Of a stretch of 64,000 nt of DNA, positions 1-11,082 are shown piece by piece (the stretch's first letter is position 1; the number at the start of each line of letters is the position of its first letter). The notes beneath the pieces were generated by a model. That model worked only from the letters and a program-made list of their open reading frames with translations. It ran no database searches and was not told the origin of the DNA. A program made the position numbers and the translations under genes. The DNA comes from a virus. The stretch lies in UHGV virus genome UHGV-1483955; one strand, given 5' to 3'.

Positions 1-1355
1 AAACCAAGGTAATCAAGAACGCTCTGAATACTGGTCTTACCAAGAATGGCGCGTCCAACACTTGTCAATGCAGTTAACGCGGCACGATCAACACCTGTGA
101 AATAAGGGAGTTTATCTGCTGCTGTAGCTAGTGCCGCTAGAGCAGTGAGCGTAGCGTCTGCCGCTTGCTTTCCATTAGCCAAATCATATGCAGCCTTGAC
201 AGCTTTCGGTGTGGCGGCCAGCACTTCGGACGTGCTATTGGTAGCACTGCTGAGTTGGACTATCCCTTTTTGAGCCGTGGTTGCATCCTGGGCTGTATAC
301 TTCCCGTTAGCCAAATCATATGCAGCCTTGACAGCTTTCGGTGTGGCGGCCAGCACTTCAGACGTGCTGTTAGTGGCACTACTGAGCTGAGTGATGCCTT
401 TCGCTGTCAATGAAGCTGTTGGCACACCAGTGATCTGATTCCAGGGATGTGTATGACTGGATGGTGCCTTTCCGGCTGCTAGATCGTATGCAGCTTTAAC
501 CGCTTTTGGAGTTGCAGCTAATGTTTCAGAAGTGCTGTTGGTGTCGCTACTGAGCTGAACTATCCCTTTTTGTGTCGTGGTTGCATCCTGGGCTGTATAC
601 TTCCCGTTAGCCAAATCATATGCAGCCTTGACAGCTTTCGGTGTGGCGGCCAGCACTTCAGACGTGCTGTTAGTGGCACTACTGAGCTGAACTAATCCCT
701 TTTGCGTTGTGCTTGCATCCTGCGCCGTATACTTGCTTTTCGCCAGATCGTAGGCTTTTTTAACTGCCAGCGAACTCGCAGCAACATCACTTCTGGTACT
801 GGTTACAGAGTCTGAAATATCAATGCCGATCGTGCGGTTGATACGCTCGGATGTATCAATCATCTCTTGAGTAATGGTAGATACGCCAGCAGGGATATTC
901 ACCGTACAAACCAGCAGTTCCCCATCACCTAACTGATATGAATCGGTATAGGTTCTGGCAACAAATTCAGCTGCATGAATATGTGACGCGGTATTCACCT
1001 GATAGGTATCTTCTCCAAGAAGGTATCTTCCCTTCAGCACAATTGCATATTTCTTGCCTGCGTTAAGTGCAAGAGAGATATCCTTACGATGCTGAATAGT
1101 TACCTGGTAGAATTCACCAATATCCACTGACGCCGCGCCAGCGGTTTTATCTCCATCCACTGAGGTGATTAACAGGTTCATCCCACCGCCAGGCTTAGGC
1201 AAGAAACCAGCATAAAATCCCGGGTCAACAATTCCCCTGAATTTTCGGTTTAGAGCGGCTGACAGATATGGTTCGTGGTATTGCACATCAGCCACCAGAG
1301 CCAACGACTCGGGTGATGGGTAAGTAACCGATGTAACAACTGTAACGTCATTCAT
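1..1355 (-). CDS. tail fibre protein, N-terminal part (gene continues beyond window start)
   Basis: Minus-strand ORF with ATG at ~1355 (MNDVTVVTSVTYPSPESLALV...), no stop before position 1; carries repeated lambda Stf / P1 S-type motifs (KGIVQLSSATNSTSE, AATPKAVKAAYDLA, KLPYF). Confidence 0.8.
   Translation of the reverse strand, partial: MNDVTVVTSVTYPSPESLALVADVQYHEPYLSAALNRKFRGIVDPGFYAGFLPKPGGGMNLLITSVDGDKTAGAASVDIGEFYQVTIQHRKDISLALNAGKKYAIVLKGRYLLGEDTYQVNTASHIHAAEFVARTYTDSYQLGDGELLVCTVNIPAGVSTITQEMIDTSERINRTIGIDISDSVTSTRSDVAASSLAVKKAYDLAKSKYTAQDASTTQKGLVQLSSATNSTSEVLAATPKAVKAAYDLANGKYTAQDATTTQKGIVQLSSDTNSTSETLAATPKAVKAAYDLAAGKAPSSHTHPWNQITGVPTASLTAKGITQLSSATNSTSEVLAATPKAVKAAYDLANGKYTAQDATTAQKGIVQLSSATNSTSEVLAATPKAVKAAYDLANGKQAADATLTALAALATAADKLPYFTGVDRAALTALTSVGRAILGKTSIQSVLDYLG
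165..790. repeat. intragenic direct repeats inside tail fibre gene
   Basis: Lines 301-360 and 601-660 are identical; near-identical ~130-bp units at ~262-390 and ~562-690, shorter diverged copies at ~181-260 and ~700-790. Confidence 0.75.
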
Positions 1356-1366
1356 CAAGCATATCC

Positions 1367-1801
1367 TTATGCTGTAGTCGAGTTTATGGCCATAACTGCG
1401 GTATATGTTTTGCCCACATACAGCGAGTCTTCCTGGACACAAATAATGGCGATTGGCTTATTCTCGTTATCCAGAACAACCAGAGTGTTGAATGGGTAGT
1501 TTTTCCCTTCCTGCAACTGACTTTGATCAAGGTCCATTCGGACAGTAATTATCCCGCCTGAGTAGGTTGGGACGAGGTTGATGGTGCAAAATTGACTGGT
1601 CAGTTCTGCCAGATCGAAAGCCTTAGGCAGTTCTCCAATCTCATAAGTGCCATCTCCTTTCTTAGTAACCAGTGAACTGGTACCAAAAACGGCCTTGCTG
1701 ATTAAAAATCGAGAGCCTTTGTTAATGGACGATTCAGCGCGCCGCTGATAGTAATAGTCCAACAACTGACTCTTATAGAGGTTTGTTGAGACGTCAGACA
1801 T
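1367..1801 (-). CDS. tail fibre-associated protein candidate (144 aa)
   Basis: ORF with ATG at 1801 immediately upstream of the tail fibre gene, same strand; position only. Confidence 0.35.
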   Translation of the reverse strand: MSDVSTNLYKSQLLDYYYQRRAESSINKGSRFLISKAVFGTSSLVTKKGDGTYEIGELPKAFDLAELTSQFCTINLVPTYSGGIITVRMDLDQSQLQEGKNYPFNTLVVLDNENKPIAIICVQEDSLYVGKTYTAVMAINSTTA

Positions 1802-1879
1802 GATTTTCCCTAATCAATGTTGTGAAGCCTCATTGTAAGATAAGTAACTTGTCACCCCGCCCTGCGGACGGGGTGATTG

Positions 1880-2719
1880 TCACGCATCGCTATCCAACAG
1901 CAAATCATCTGCGCGGGTGCGATCAAACGTAGGCGTTGCTTTCACAATAGTGCCGCCCGGCGTTGCAGTGATCGGGGCGTTAATCGACGTAACTTCAGTA
2001 AGCGAAGTTGTATCCGAAGTTTCAAACCAGCAGAATGCTTTTTCGGTATCAGAAATCTCATTCAAAGTAATCATGTCGGCCTGTTCATTTACAACAACCG
2101 ACAAATAGAGCGTAAGCCCATCAAACACTATATGCAGTGGCAGTAGAGGCTTTACGAACTGATTAAACTTTCTGAGAATTTCTTCTGTAATTGCGGACTG
2201 ATCTATCGTTCCAGTAATACCCATTGTCCGGGCCAGGTCGTTTATGGGAATACTGATCATTCCTCTGGAAGTCAGAAACATCTCGCCGAATGTGCCGCCG
2301 GTGGTTTCCAGTGTGCTTTCTGGAATCAGGACCGTGCCATAGGGATGACGTTCAAAGTCCACCGGAGCATATATGGGATCCCATAAAACCGATATACCGT
2401 TAAATTCGCGATAAATTGTCTGGTTTATAGGGCGTTCAGTACCCTTAAAATGGATCTCATCAAACCGCTGTTGTAACAACATCGGAACGGAAGATGAATT
2501 CGACGTCCTGATAGTAAAAAACTGGCCAAGTTCATTTGTCCTAGTCTCCAGATCCTCCTTGCTCATGGAGAAAATAGACTTCCGGTTGGTAATTCGCTCC
2601 AACCATGGGTCAACAAAGGTGTCCATCATTGACTGAACCAAATCAGCCAATGATTTATAAAGTAATGACTTTTGCTTAGCTGATGTAAGCCGGTTATTAA
2701 ACCAGGAACGCTGCATCAC
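1880..2719 (-). CDS. baseplate or tail structural protein (279 aa)
   Basis: Long ORF in the late structural operon, stop overlaps next gene start; no recognisable catalytic motif. Confidence 0.4.
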   Translation of the reverse strand: MMQRSWFNNRLTSAKQKSLLYKSLADLVQSMMDTFVDPWLERITNRKSIFSMSKEDLETRTNELGQFFTIRTSNSSSVPMLLQQRFDEIHFKGTERPINQTIYREFNGISVLWDPIYAPVDFERHPYGTVLIPESTLETTGGTFGEMFLTSRGMISIPINDLARTMGITGTIDQSAITEEILRKFNQFVKPLLPLHIVFDGLTLYLSVVVNEQADMITLNEISDTEKAFCWFETSDTTSLTEVTSINAPITATPGGTIVKATPTFDRTRADDLLLDSDA

Positions 2720-4149
2720 TCCTCCTCATACGAAATATTAAAGGTGGAGTTTTCTGTATCCAGATAAACGAAATCGTAAAAGCCGTTGGACTCATTCCAC
2801 TCGACAAATTCCAGATAAAAGTCGCGGAAATAACCCAGCGTTTCGATAAATGCCCAAACGTCTTTTTTCTTGATTAGGATGTACTTGCCGACACGGTTCG
2901 GATCAAAGAAAGTTGAGTCACGCCCAAATTTTGTTTCCAGTGCCGACTTCAGCTCATCAGTCACGTTCTCAATGGTCAGGCTTGCCGATATCCGCCCAGT
3001 GATGGTGATCTTAAAGGGGAGTTTTCTGACCTCTTTATACGAGAATTTCTTGTTCAACTCATTCGGCACCTTCTTAAAGGCAGCCAGGATCATTTCTTCA
3101 AGCTCTGACTGGCTTTTGTTTGGATGCCATCCTGAAATAAATATCTTATTGATATTCCGAACATTATAAGCACCATCTAATTTCTCTTGCTGGCCTTCGC
3201 CCCATGCCTTTACCCAGGACAGTCCCGGGATGTTACGCACCAGAAAATACGTATAGTCCCCGCCCCATACGACCTGATCATCATAGGCAAGGTAATATTG
3301 TGCACGATTACGTGTGATCTCCGTTGTTTCGGCATCGGTACCTGCGGTTATGGGTGTCGTTGTCTTAACTGAAATCAAATTAGCTAAATTAGCCGCAGAA
3401 TCGACAGGAGTCAGGTTTTGGCCAGCAACCAGGGTTATATCTCCGTTGGTGCACCATACCTTAAGTGTAATGGTCGAGCCTTCTGGCGGTATTTGCCCAA
3501 TTAGCCCATCACCGAATCGAACCCCCAACTGCTCGGATGGCTTATAAAACTCAACGTAGACCTGGCTTTTACTACCGGCTAACCGGAACATAGTGCTGGA
3601 AGACCACTGCGTGGTCTTACCATCGGTCGTCACGAATACTTCCAGCTTACAGCAGACAGCAGTGAGAGCCTTTGATAACACGACTTCCAGAAATTCTTTG
3701 GCTGCCGTAACGGTATATGTCACCTCCTGGATTTCCAACTGTGCCACTTCTACCGTACCGGTGCCGTCAACCAACCTGCATACATCCATAGTCATGTAAG
3801 GGTACTGGTCGTCAGATATTAAAGGCATGTTTTTGGGGATTACCGCTGGGGCATCTTCACTTGTGGCGGTGATCTCAATCATCCCCGATGACGGTGTTGG
3901 CTTGGTACCAACGTAACTATTCGTTTCTGCCGCTGCCAGGATAGAGGAACGCCGCGTCGCGGTCGATATAAAGCCTTCAGCCAGCGCCGCATCGGCATAC
4001 TGAAAGCACCTGTAGACAATCTGGGTAATAAACAATGTCAGCATCGAGACAAATTGAGAGCCGACAAACTTCGACCAGAATGAATCTTTCTCGACAAGCT
4101 CTTCAAACTCTGCACGAATACTGTCTTTAGTCGGTGTTGTTTTACTCAT
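2716..4149 (-). CDS. baseplate wedge-like structural protein (477 aa)
   Basis: Size and position between a small gpW/gp25-size protein and tail fibre genes; overlapping start/stop codons indicate an operon. Confidence 0.45.
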   Translation of the reverse strand: MSKTTPTKDSIRAEFEELVEKDSFWSKFVGSQFVSMLTLFITQIVYRCFQYADAALAEGFISTATRRSSILAAAETNSYVGTKPTPSSGMIEITATSEDAPAVIPKNMPLISDDQYPYMTMDVCRLVDGTGTVEVAQLEIQEVTYTVTAAKEFLEVVLSKALTAVCCKLEVFVTTDGKTTQWSSSTMFRLAGSKSQVYVEFYKPSEQLGVRFGDGLIGQIPPEGSTITLKVWCTNGDITLVAGQNLTPVDSAANLANLISVKTTTPITAGTDAETTEITRNRAQYYLAYDDQVVWGGDYTYFLVRNIPGLSWVKAWGEGQQEKLDGAYNVRNINKIFISGWHPNKSQSELEEMILAAFKKVPNELNKKFSYKEVRKLPFKITITGRISASLTIENVTDELKSALETKFGRDSTFFDPNRVGKYILIKKKDVWAFIETLGYFRDFYLEFVEWNESNGFYDFVYLDTENSTFNISYEEE

Positions 4150-4505
4150 AGCACCACGTCCTGTGTGATAGTTATATCCCTGATACGAATGGATATTTTC
4201 AACTTATCAAAAGCATCTCCCTCGGCTACTGACAAGCCAGAAATCGGTATGTCAGGTAAATCTACCGTCAGTTTTTGCAACAGCATTGCCTCAACCGCAA
4301 TTTGAACATGCGACAAGTTGGTCGGTTCGTGTTTAAACTGCGGTAAAACATTGCCCCATGACGGATCTCCGTATACCTCACCCTGATAAGTGTTTAGCCA
4401 CTCATATAAACGAGCGCCCCAGGCCTCCTCCTGGGACTCATACGTTTTTACGCCGGATAACTCCAGCGTCAGTAAAGGATCAATTTCATTATTGTTGGCC
4501 ATCAA
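4146..4505 (-). CDS. small baseplate protein (119 aa, gpW/gp25 size class)
   Basis: Size and position directly downstream of the Sit-like gene with overlapping stop/start. Confidence 0.35.
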   Translation of the reverse strand: MMANNNEIDPLLTLELSGVKTYESQEEAWGARLYEWLNTYQGEVYGDPSWGNVLPQFKHEPTNLSHVQIAVEAMLLQKLTVDLPDIPISGLSVAEGDAFDKLKISIRIRDITITQDVVL

Positions 4506-7500
4506 TCAACTCTCGCGTAGTCATTCATCAACGGATCATCAATTGACAGTGGCACCGTGCGCATAACGCCCGGTTGAGGCGTGCTGACCTTTACGACAGT
4601 TCCCTGGCCTTTCGCCGAGTCTTTAGTGTGCTCTTCAATCCTGGCAAGCAATGAGGTCATCTGCGCAAACAGCCGCTTCGTTTCACCATCAAGTGAAACG
4701 GTATTATCAGCCAACTGCATTGTCGGCTTGGCACCGGAGCCGCCAAGGTCACTAATAACCTGTCCGTCTATCTGCATACGACCGGTTGGTTGCTGCAAAT
4801 CGTTGGCGGCAGTCGTCACCTGGGACGTGGAGGCTGGTTCAGGCGCATTATTTTTCCGCATCCCCGGCGAGTTGCGGAGTTTATCAAATAGCCCATCAAT
4901 CCCCATTTGTGCGCCGAGTTGGTCAAAGTAACTTGAGTTGCTGGCCACCGGACGCGCCTCTTCAACTGGCATCGGAGTATCAACATACACATTGCCAGCT
5001 GCTGTTGCGGTCCCCTTCCCTCGTGCACGTTCTTCGAGCGTTCCCTGAACGACTTCCCGACGCATACCCCGGCCATTCATGAATTTGTTGACCAGATCGT
5101 TAACGCCAACAGCATTGCCAATTTTGTCTACCAGACCGCCTTTCTCAAACGGGCTATCACCAGGGGTAAACGCCAGGCCAGTAGACTGATCGATAACAGC
5201 GTTATCAGGCAGTGGTCCCCTCACTCCATATTGCGCCCCACCCTGTGCTCCTGCTCCAGGTGTATAGATTTCACCACCTAAATAGCGAGCACGATGAGTA
5301 TTGACCTTGATCGCGTACTCACGGTTTTCTTTCGATAAGTCACCTGTGCCTTTTTTCCACTTATTGATAGTGCCAAACCCAGCATTATATGCAGTGATGG
5401 CCTCGTTTAAGTCTCCATTGGCTTGCTTCAGATATTTGCTCATGAGAAGAGCCGCAGCTTCTGCCGATTTCACAGGATCAAACGATTCACCTTCAGCTAA
5501 GCCAGTCTCTTCACGAGCAATCCCCGTGAACTGAAACATCCCCAGAGCACCGGTTTGGGATTTTGCATACGGATTACCACCAGATTCAGTTGCAGCAATC
5601 GCGTAAAGAGTGCCTTCTGGAAGACCGTATTTATTCTCTAGTTCGGCAAAATACGGAGCCAACTTATCGAGATTTGCCTTACCTTCAGCGCCAAGACTTC
5701 CGACTTTTACATCCAAGTTGCCATTGTTGTAGGTATCCGCAGCTTTCTGAATGTCATTCCTGGTGCCAGTGGTATTAAGCGACGATGATGACGAGCTATT
5801 TTGACCAATAGCTTTATCAATTTTCTGCAACGCGCTATTGCCCGTTTCTACGGCATTTGCATTGATAATCTGATTAGCAGTTTCTTTAACTGTTTTATTG
5901 CTATCTTTCGCCGTGTCCAGTGCCGCATTTATCACGCGGGTAACAATATTAGTCTGTTTGGCATCGGATTCAGTTTTAGAATCAGATGTCTCCTGGTGGC
6001 TATTAACCGGAGCTTTTAACTCTGGAGTGATTTCTTTCGCATTAGCCTCGCCGATCGGATTGGGTATTTTTGATACAATCATTGCCGCAGGGGTATTTTT
6101 AACGGCATCAACCGCTGCATCTAATGCTTTACCTGGTAAATTTTTAACCCCATCCCAAATATTACCAGCCGCCTCTTTAATGTGTTTCCCTGGGTTCTTA
6201 ATGAAATCAATTGCACTATCAATTGCATCACTGAAAACCTGTTTCAGGTTATCGACAGTAAAGAAGTCTTTGATGGCATCCAGCTTTTCAAGCAGCTTAT
6301 TAGATGTATCGCTAAACCATGCTGAAACAGCATCACCAATCTTTGCTGTGTAATCATCGAACTTGGTAGAAATGGTGTCGCCAAGGTTAGAAATATATGT
6401 TTCTAAGTTGGTAATCCCACTATCAATGGCATGGGCAATACTTTCCGTCGAAAATGATTGCAACATATTGCCGATATCCTCAAATCCAAGTGATTTGAGA
6501 ACCTCACCAATGGCGCTGCTAATACCAGATACCAGTCCCCCCATATCAAGAATATTAGCTAACGTATAAGCGGCTTTTTGCTGGAATGATGGATCTTGTC
6601 CTGATTTAAGCCCAAACGCTCGACGTTGCGCTTCTGTATCATTCCAACCGGTTACCGCATCATAAATACCTCCAACCACTGTGCCGACTAGGGGAATTGC
6701 GCGTAACGCCCCTTTACCAACTGCCTTTAATCCAAGTTTACCTGCTGCCCGGGCAGCCAAATCTCCGCCTTCATGGGCGAGAGTCTTCTTACCACCACCG
6801 CGTAGCATTCCTACAAGTTTCTTTGCCCCCAGAGCGCCAAAAGCGAGTGCTCCAGCTTTTTTCAGCATGCCACGCCCCATTAACAACGACGCGACGCCAC
6901 CGGCCCCCTTCCCTAACAGGCTAAATAGTTTGGACAGCAAGCCGCCCTTCTTTTTCCCGGTGTTTTTGGCTATCTGATCAAGGGCGCTGAGAATCTTGTC
7001 ATTGCCCTCTTTAATTTCGCTGGTCTGCTCCTGAAGTTCCTGAACCGTCCGTTTTTGGGTGTTAACCTGAACGACATCGGCACTATTTTGCGATTTACGC
7101 CTAAAAAAACCTTTTCTACGGCTGTTATCGTCATTGCCACGAATCACATCGGCAATAGACTTTCTGGCACCATTAAGCGATCCGCCAACTTCTTTTGATA
7201 TCCCGCCAAGCTCCTTCCCTGCTGCCCACAATGGACCTGCAACGGCATAACCTAACGCATCGACAGCACGAGTCTCTGAAGGGTTACCTATGCCTTCAGC
7301 TACTTTTGACAGTTTTTTTAATAAACCTGATTCAGCATTTAGACGCTCATCATCCTCTTTTCGCCTGGCCTTTTCTGCTCGTTCAGCACGGGCATCTTCC
7401 GCTGCGGCCTTACTCCCTGACTTTCCAATAAAACGACCACGCGCATCGCGTTGGTTTTGGCTTTTTTGCGCACCGCCTTTTTGACCGAACATTTCGCGAG

Positions 7501-7894
7501 CGTGTTCGGCTGCTTCGGTCCGTTGTGCCTTTACATCCTCTGGTATAGCCTTCCTGCGTCGTTTTTTACCCTTTGGTGTGGTTGATTTGGCCCGCTGTTC
7601 CTGTTGAGCAACATCTTCCTGAACTACACGAGAAACGTCCCCTAAATTAAGCCGTTTCATTGCCTCAACAATAGGGTCCACTGATGGCGCATTGGCCACA
7701 AAGTCTGGCCGGGAATTTTCGATTGTGCGATTTAATGCCGACACACTGCGAGAGACAGGATCAACAGTTGCAACGCGTCCCCCTTTCAAATCTTCAACAG
7801 CTTCCCGGATACCTGCAAGCTCTTCCAGCTCTTTTGCACTGGCGGTTTCAACTGTCCTTATAACATCGTCAATGTTGGCGTTTTTTCTTTCCAT
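4502..7894 (-). CDS. sit: tail injection / tape-measure-like protein with lytic transglycosylase domain (P1 Sit-like)
   Basis: 1130 aa; SLT-domain motif block LPEGTLYAIAATESGGNPYAKSQTGALGMFQFT in the C-terminal third; Gly/Ala/Lys-rich low-complexity central region typical of tape-measure proteins. Confidence 0.8.
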   Translation of the reverse strand: MERKNANIDDVIRTVETASAKELEELAGIREAVEDLKGGRVATVDPVSRSVSALNRTIENSRPDFVANAPSVDPIVEAMKRLNLGDVSRVVQEDVAQQEQRAKSTTPKGKKRRRKAIPEDVKAQRTEAAEHAREMFGQKGGAQKSQNQRDARGRFIGKSGSKAAAEDARAERAEKARRKEDDERLNAESGLLKKLSKVAEGIGNPSETRAVDALGYAVAGPLWAAGKELGGISKEVGGSLNGARKSIADVIRGNDDNSRRKGFFRRKSQNSADVVQVNTQKRTVQELQEQTSEIKEGNDKILSALDQIAKNTGKKKGGLLSKLFSLLGKGAGGVASLLMGRGMLKKAGALAFGALGAKKLVGMLRGGGKKTLAHEGGDLAARAAGKLGLKAVGKGALRAIPLVGTVVGGIYDAVTGWNDTEAQRRAFGLKSGQDPSFQQKAAYTLANILDMGGLVSGISSAIGEVLKSLGFEDIGNMLQSFSTESIAHAIDSGITNLETYISNLGDTISTKFDDYTAKIGDAVSAWFSDTSNKLLEKLDAIKDFFTVDNLKQVFSDAIDSAIDFIKNPGKHIKEAAGNIWDGVKNLPGKALDAAVDAVKNTPAAMIVSKIPNPIGEANAKEITPELKAPVNSHQETSDSKTESDAKQTNIVTRVINAALDTAKDSNKTVKETANQIINANAVETGNSALQKIDKAIGQNSSSSSSLNTTGTRNDIQKAADTYNNGNLDVKVGSLGAEGKANLDKLAPYFAELENKYGLPEGTLYAIAATESGGNPYAKSQTGALGMFQFTGIAREETGLAEGESFDPVKSAEAAALLMSKYLKQANGDLNEAITAYNAGFGTINKWKKGTGDLSKENREYAIKVNTHRARYLGGEIYTPGAGAQGGAQYGVRGPLPDNAVIDQSTGLAFTPGDSPFEKGGLVDKIGNAVGVNDLVNKFMNGRGMRREVVQGTLEERARGKGTATAAGNVYVDTPMPVEEARPVASNSSYFDQLGAQMGIDGLFDKLRNSPGMRKNNAPEPASTSQVTTAANDLQQPTGRMQIDGQVISDLGGSGAKPTMQLADNTVSLDGETKRLFAQMTSLLARIEEHTKDSAKGQGTVVKVSTPQPGVMRTVPLSIDDPLMNDYARVD

Positions 7895-7975
7895 GATCTT
7901 ATCGCCTACCGTTTCGGTTTAAGTTTTTCTTCCAGTTTCTCCAACAGGAAAAACGCATAGGATTCAGTAAGCCTT

Positions 7976-8857
7976 TCAGCGTCCTGAATCGGTATACCCC
8001 CATACAAAACCAGGTTGGACACTAAGGTCTGATAGCTTTTCAATCCCCACCTGTGGAATGAAGTCGGTAGCCCGAAAGGGCACCCACAGACGGGTATACG
8101 CACCCTCTGTGGACTCCTTTTTATCCTGATTTGGGCATTTATGCGGCGGGAGACGAAGACGCATTTCACCTTTATCGATGTAGCACGGTAAACCATGTTC
8201 GAGCTTTTCATGAGCCAGTCGGATGTGTGCCGCCAGCTTCATAAATTCAGTATCAATGGCCATCCGTTTAATCGTTTCATAACGACGCTCAGCCTGATCT
8301 TCACGAGTACCGCTAACATCGTTATAAAGCTCACACTGATAAGCGAATTCCCAAAAACGCAAATCAACGATCGCTTCTTTGAATTCCGCGTCGTCTTCAG
8401 GTGGCAATGCTGCACGGCGCATCTCCAGCATTTCCATTGCCCAACCATCAAGCGGCACGATACGCCATTGATAAGGTACTCCCTCTACAGACACCTCAAT
8501 ATCGTCAATGAAAGGTTCCACTTCCAGGACCTGGATATCTTCAGCCAGAGCATTCATATCGCAATCGTAATAATGCTCTTTACCGCAATGTTTACAGGTG
8601 TAAGTGAATGTCTCGACCGGTGTTTCACGGGAGCCGGTAAATATCCACCATAACGCGGTAATCCGGTCCTGCGCCGTCCATGTCAGGGGATCATGTTTCG
8701 CGGGTTCAGCCAGCAAGGCTTTTAAATACGCCGTTGTCTGTTGTTCTTGTTCCTCCGGTGTTATCGAGTTGAAACGCATCGCATCAGCAATATTTGGCTG
8801 ACGGAACTGGATCAATTCAGTTGGCCGCGATGGTAGCGGGAAAAGGGGTAAAAGCAT
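7976..8857 (-). CDS. tail-associated protein with CxxC zinc-ribbon motif (293 aa)
   Basis: ORF upstream of sit on the same strand; contains CKHCGKEH; otherwise unassigned. Confidence 0.35.
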   Translation of the reverse strand: MLLPLFPLPSRPTELIQFRQPNIADAMRFNSITPEEQEQQTTAYLKALLAEPAKHDPLTWTAQDRITALWWIFTGSRETPVETFTYTCKHCGKEHYYDCDMNALAEDIQVLEVEPFIDDIEVSVEGVPYQWRIVPLDGWAMEMLEMRRAALPPEDDAEFKEAIVDLRFWEFAYQCELYNDVSGTREDQAERRYETIKRMAIDTEFMKLAAHIRLAHEKLEHGLPCYIDKGEMRLRLPPHKCPNQDKKESTEGAYTRLWVPFRATDFIPQVGIEKLSDLSVQPGFVWGYTDSGR

Positions 8858-8871
8858 CCTTGCTCCTTAAT

Positions 8872-9483
8872 TCAAAGAGAAAAACTAAAGCCCAGAAGGG
8901 AAGCCAAAGAACTTGAGGATTGGTTAAACGTGCTGTGCAATGCGAAGGTCATTGGGAATGACTTAAATTCCGTAACCTGATCCCGCGCATAGGTGACATC
9001 GCCGGTAGTGACCGGGAATACAGTCATCTCATTTTCCAGTTTGGTTAAGCCGGAAGACAGCAACCGATAAATACGCACATTGAGCAAATATTTAGACGGT
9101 ATATTCCCGGTACCGTCTGGATTAATCACCCGACTTTTTGCCGTCTTAAACCAGTCCAAAACGAGGCCATCAACGGTATCCCTGACCATCATTGTTATCT
9201 GCCCTGGCGAACGCTCCGTTGGTTGAAGGATATTCCCTCCGCCGATTTTAATCGTTTCATATTCGATGCTGTAATCGTGGTAGGTAATATCTTTGGCAAA
9301 GAAGTCTGCTCCCTCCAGTCCATCAACTTCGACAGAGAACTGCCATCCTTGCGCGAACAGCATTTTGTTCATGATGATTGACGTCAGCTTACCAACTTCC
9401 CGCTCACCAACGCCGGAGCCAAATAATGTCGTCGTTAATGCCGAAGATACATAAGACTTTACTGAAGCAACATTAAGCCCCAT
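8872..9483 (-). CDS. virion structural protein (203 aa)
   Basis: ORF in late operon; position only. Confidence 0.35.
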   Translation of the reverse strand: MGLNVASVKSYVSSALTTTLFGSGVGEREVGKLTSIIMNKMLFAQGWQFSVEVDGLEGADFFAKDITYHDYSIEYETIKIGGGNILQPTERSPGQITMMVRDTVDGLVLDWFKTAKSRVINPDGTGNIPSKYLLNVRIYRLLSSGLTKLENEMTVFPVTTGDVTYARDQVTEFKSFPMTFALHSTFNQSSSSLASLLGFSFSL

Positions 9484-9493
9484 ATCAGCCCCC

Positions 9494-10101
<608 letters not shown>

Positions 10102-10214
10102 TAGTCATTTGTTCATTGAGTAGGAATATTGTTGTCTGGGGGGTAATCAGTGTAGGTGGAATGAGGGATATGATATGGTTATCACATAATCAGGTTGTTT
10201 TGAGTAAAACAATA

Positions 10215-10240
10215 AAACGCCCTTTAATGGGCGTTTTTTT
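10215..10240 (-). terminator. rho-independent terminator (bidirectional-looking)
   Basis: AAACGCCCTTTAATGGGCGTTTTTTT: GC stem with T/A runs on both sides, just downstream of the stop at 10270. Confidence 0.5.
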
Positions 10241-10269
10241 AAAACTTAAATTGACTATCCTTTCAAATA

Positions 10270-11082
10270 CTATTTTAATTCTATGTAATTTTTAAATTCT
10301 CCCTCATATTTATACATGATGCTATCAAATCCTTCCATTACATCAACGAATTGTTGTGAACATTCCGGCTTCCAAGGCGTACACTTACGAACCATATCCA
10401 TTTTTTTCTTATCCTTCGTTGTATCGACTAAGGATAGGTACCCTATAAAATTCATCATCTGAACAGGATCTTGATTTGTGAATATATATTTGACGTTTTG
10501 CTTAGTAGGCGAAAAAGAATCAAAAGCAGGGAACATATATTCACCAGAAAAAGAGAGTGCAGCATCAATGACGTCTGTTGCAGGAGTGCAGTTGCTCAGA
10601 ATTGGCACTAAGCTAAAATTAGCACCTGAGCACACTGCATATATATCATCCCCTTTTTTTAGTTTTAACAGAGAGTCTTGCTTTGAATCCAATATTTTCA
10701 ATTTGATATAATTTAGTGGCGTTGCATTTTCCCCTGGAGTAAATAACTCTACAATTGGTTTATTATTCACCATTCTTATGGATTTTATTTCACCATACAC
10801 AATTGGAATTGTGTTCCATTTTTCCTGAGCAGCAAATTCATTATCTTTAAAATCATTAACCAACTCAGATGGCAAATGATAACCAAATTGATTGTTCATT
10901 GCTTTCGAAGCAAATCCAGACAAATAGAATGCCCTTACTAAATCATAATCTTTCTTTGAGGTAGAAAGCCAATCTGGCAATTTATTATCAGCTATCGCGC
11001 TTCCAGCAAAAATAGCACAACAAAATGTTATTACATTAAATAATTTCATTTTCCATTCACTCATTAATCGGTTTAAACTCAC
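10270..11082 (-). CDS. secreted protein with N-terminal signal peptide (possible Sim-like superinfection-exclusion protein)
   Basis: 270-aa ORF, hydrophobic leader MKLFNVITFCCAIFAGSAIA; strongly AT-rich relative to flanks. Confidence 0.45.
   Translation of the reverse strand: MSLNRLMSEWKMKLFNVITFCCAIFAGSAIADNKLPDWLSTSKKDYDLVRAFYLSGFASKAMNNQFGYHLPSELVNDFKDNEFAAQEKWNTIPIVYGEIKSIRMVNNKPIVELFTPGENATPLNYIKLKILDSKQDSLLKLKKGDDIYAVCSGANFSLVPILSNCTPATDVIDAALSFSGEYMFPAFDSFSPTKQNVKYIFTNQDPVQMMNFIGYLSLVDTTKDKKKMDMVRKCTPWKPECSQQFVDVMEGFDSIMYKYEGEFKNYIELK

Noticed and set aside
165-413. Plus-strand ORF inside the tail fibre repeats
   Set aside because: Lies antisense to a well-supported tail fibre gene and is generated by the repeat sequence.
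1851-1883. GC hairpin (CACCCCGCCCTGCGGACGGGGTG) between two tail genes as a terminator
   Set aside because: No T-run follows on either strand; more likely an RNA stability or pausing element, too weak to call.
4581-7922. Multiple plus-strand ORFs antisense to the Sit-like gene
   Set aside because: Overlap a long, motif-supported minus-strand gene; low-complexity sequence inflates ORFs in other frames.
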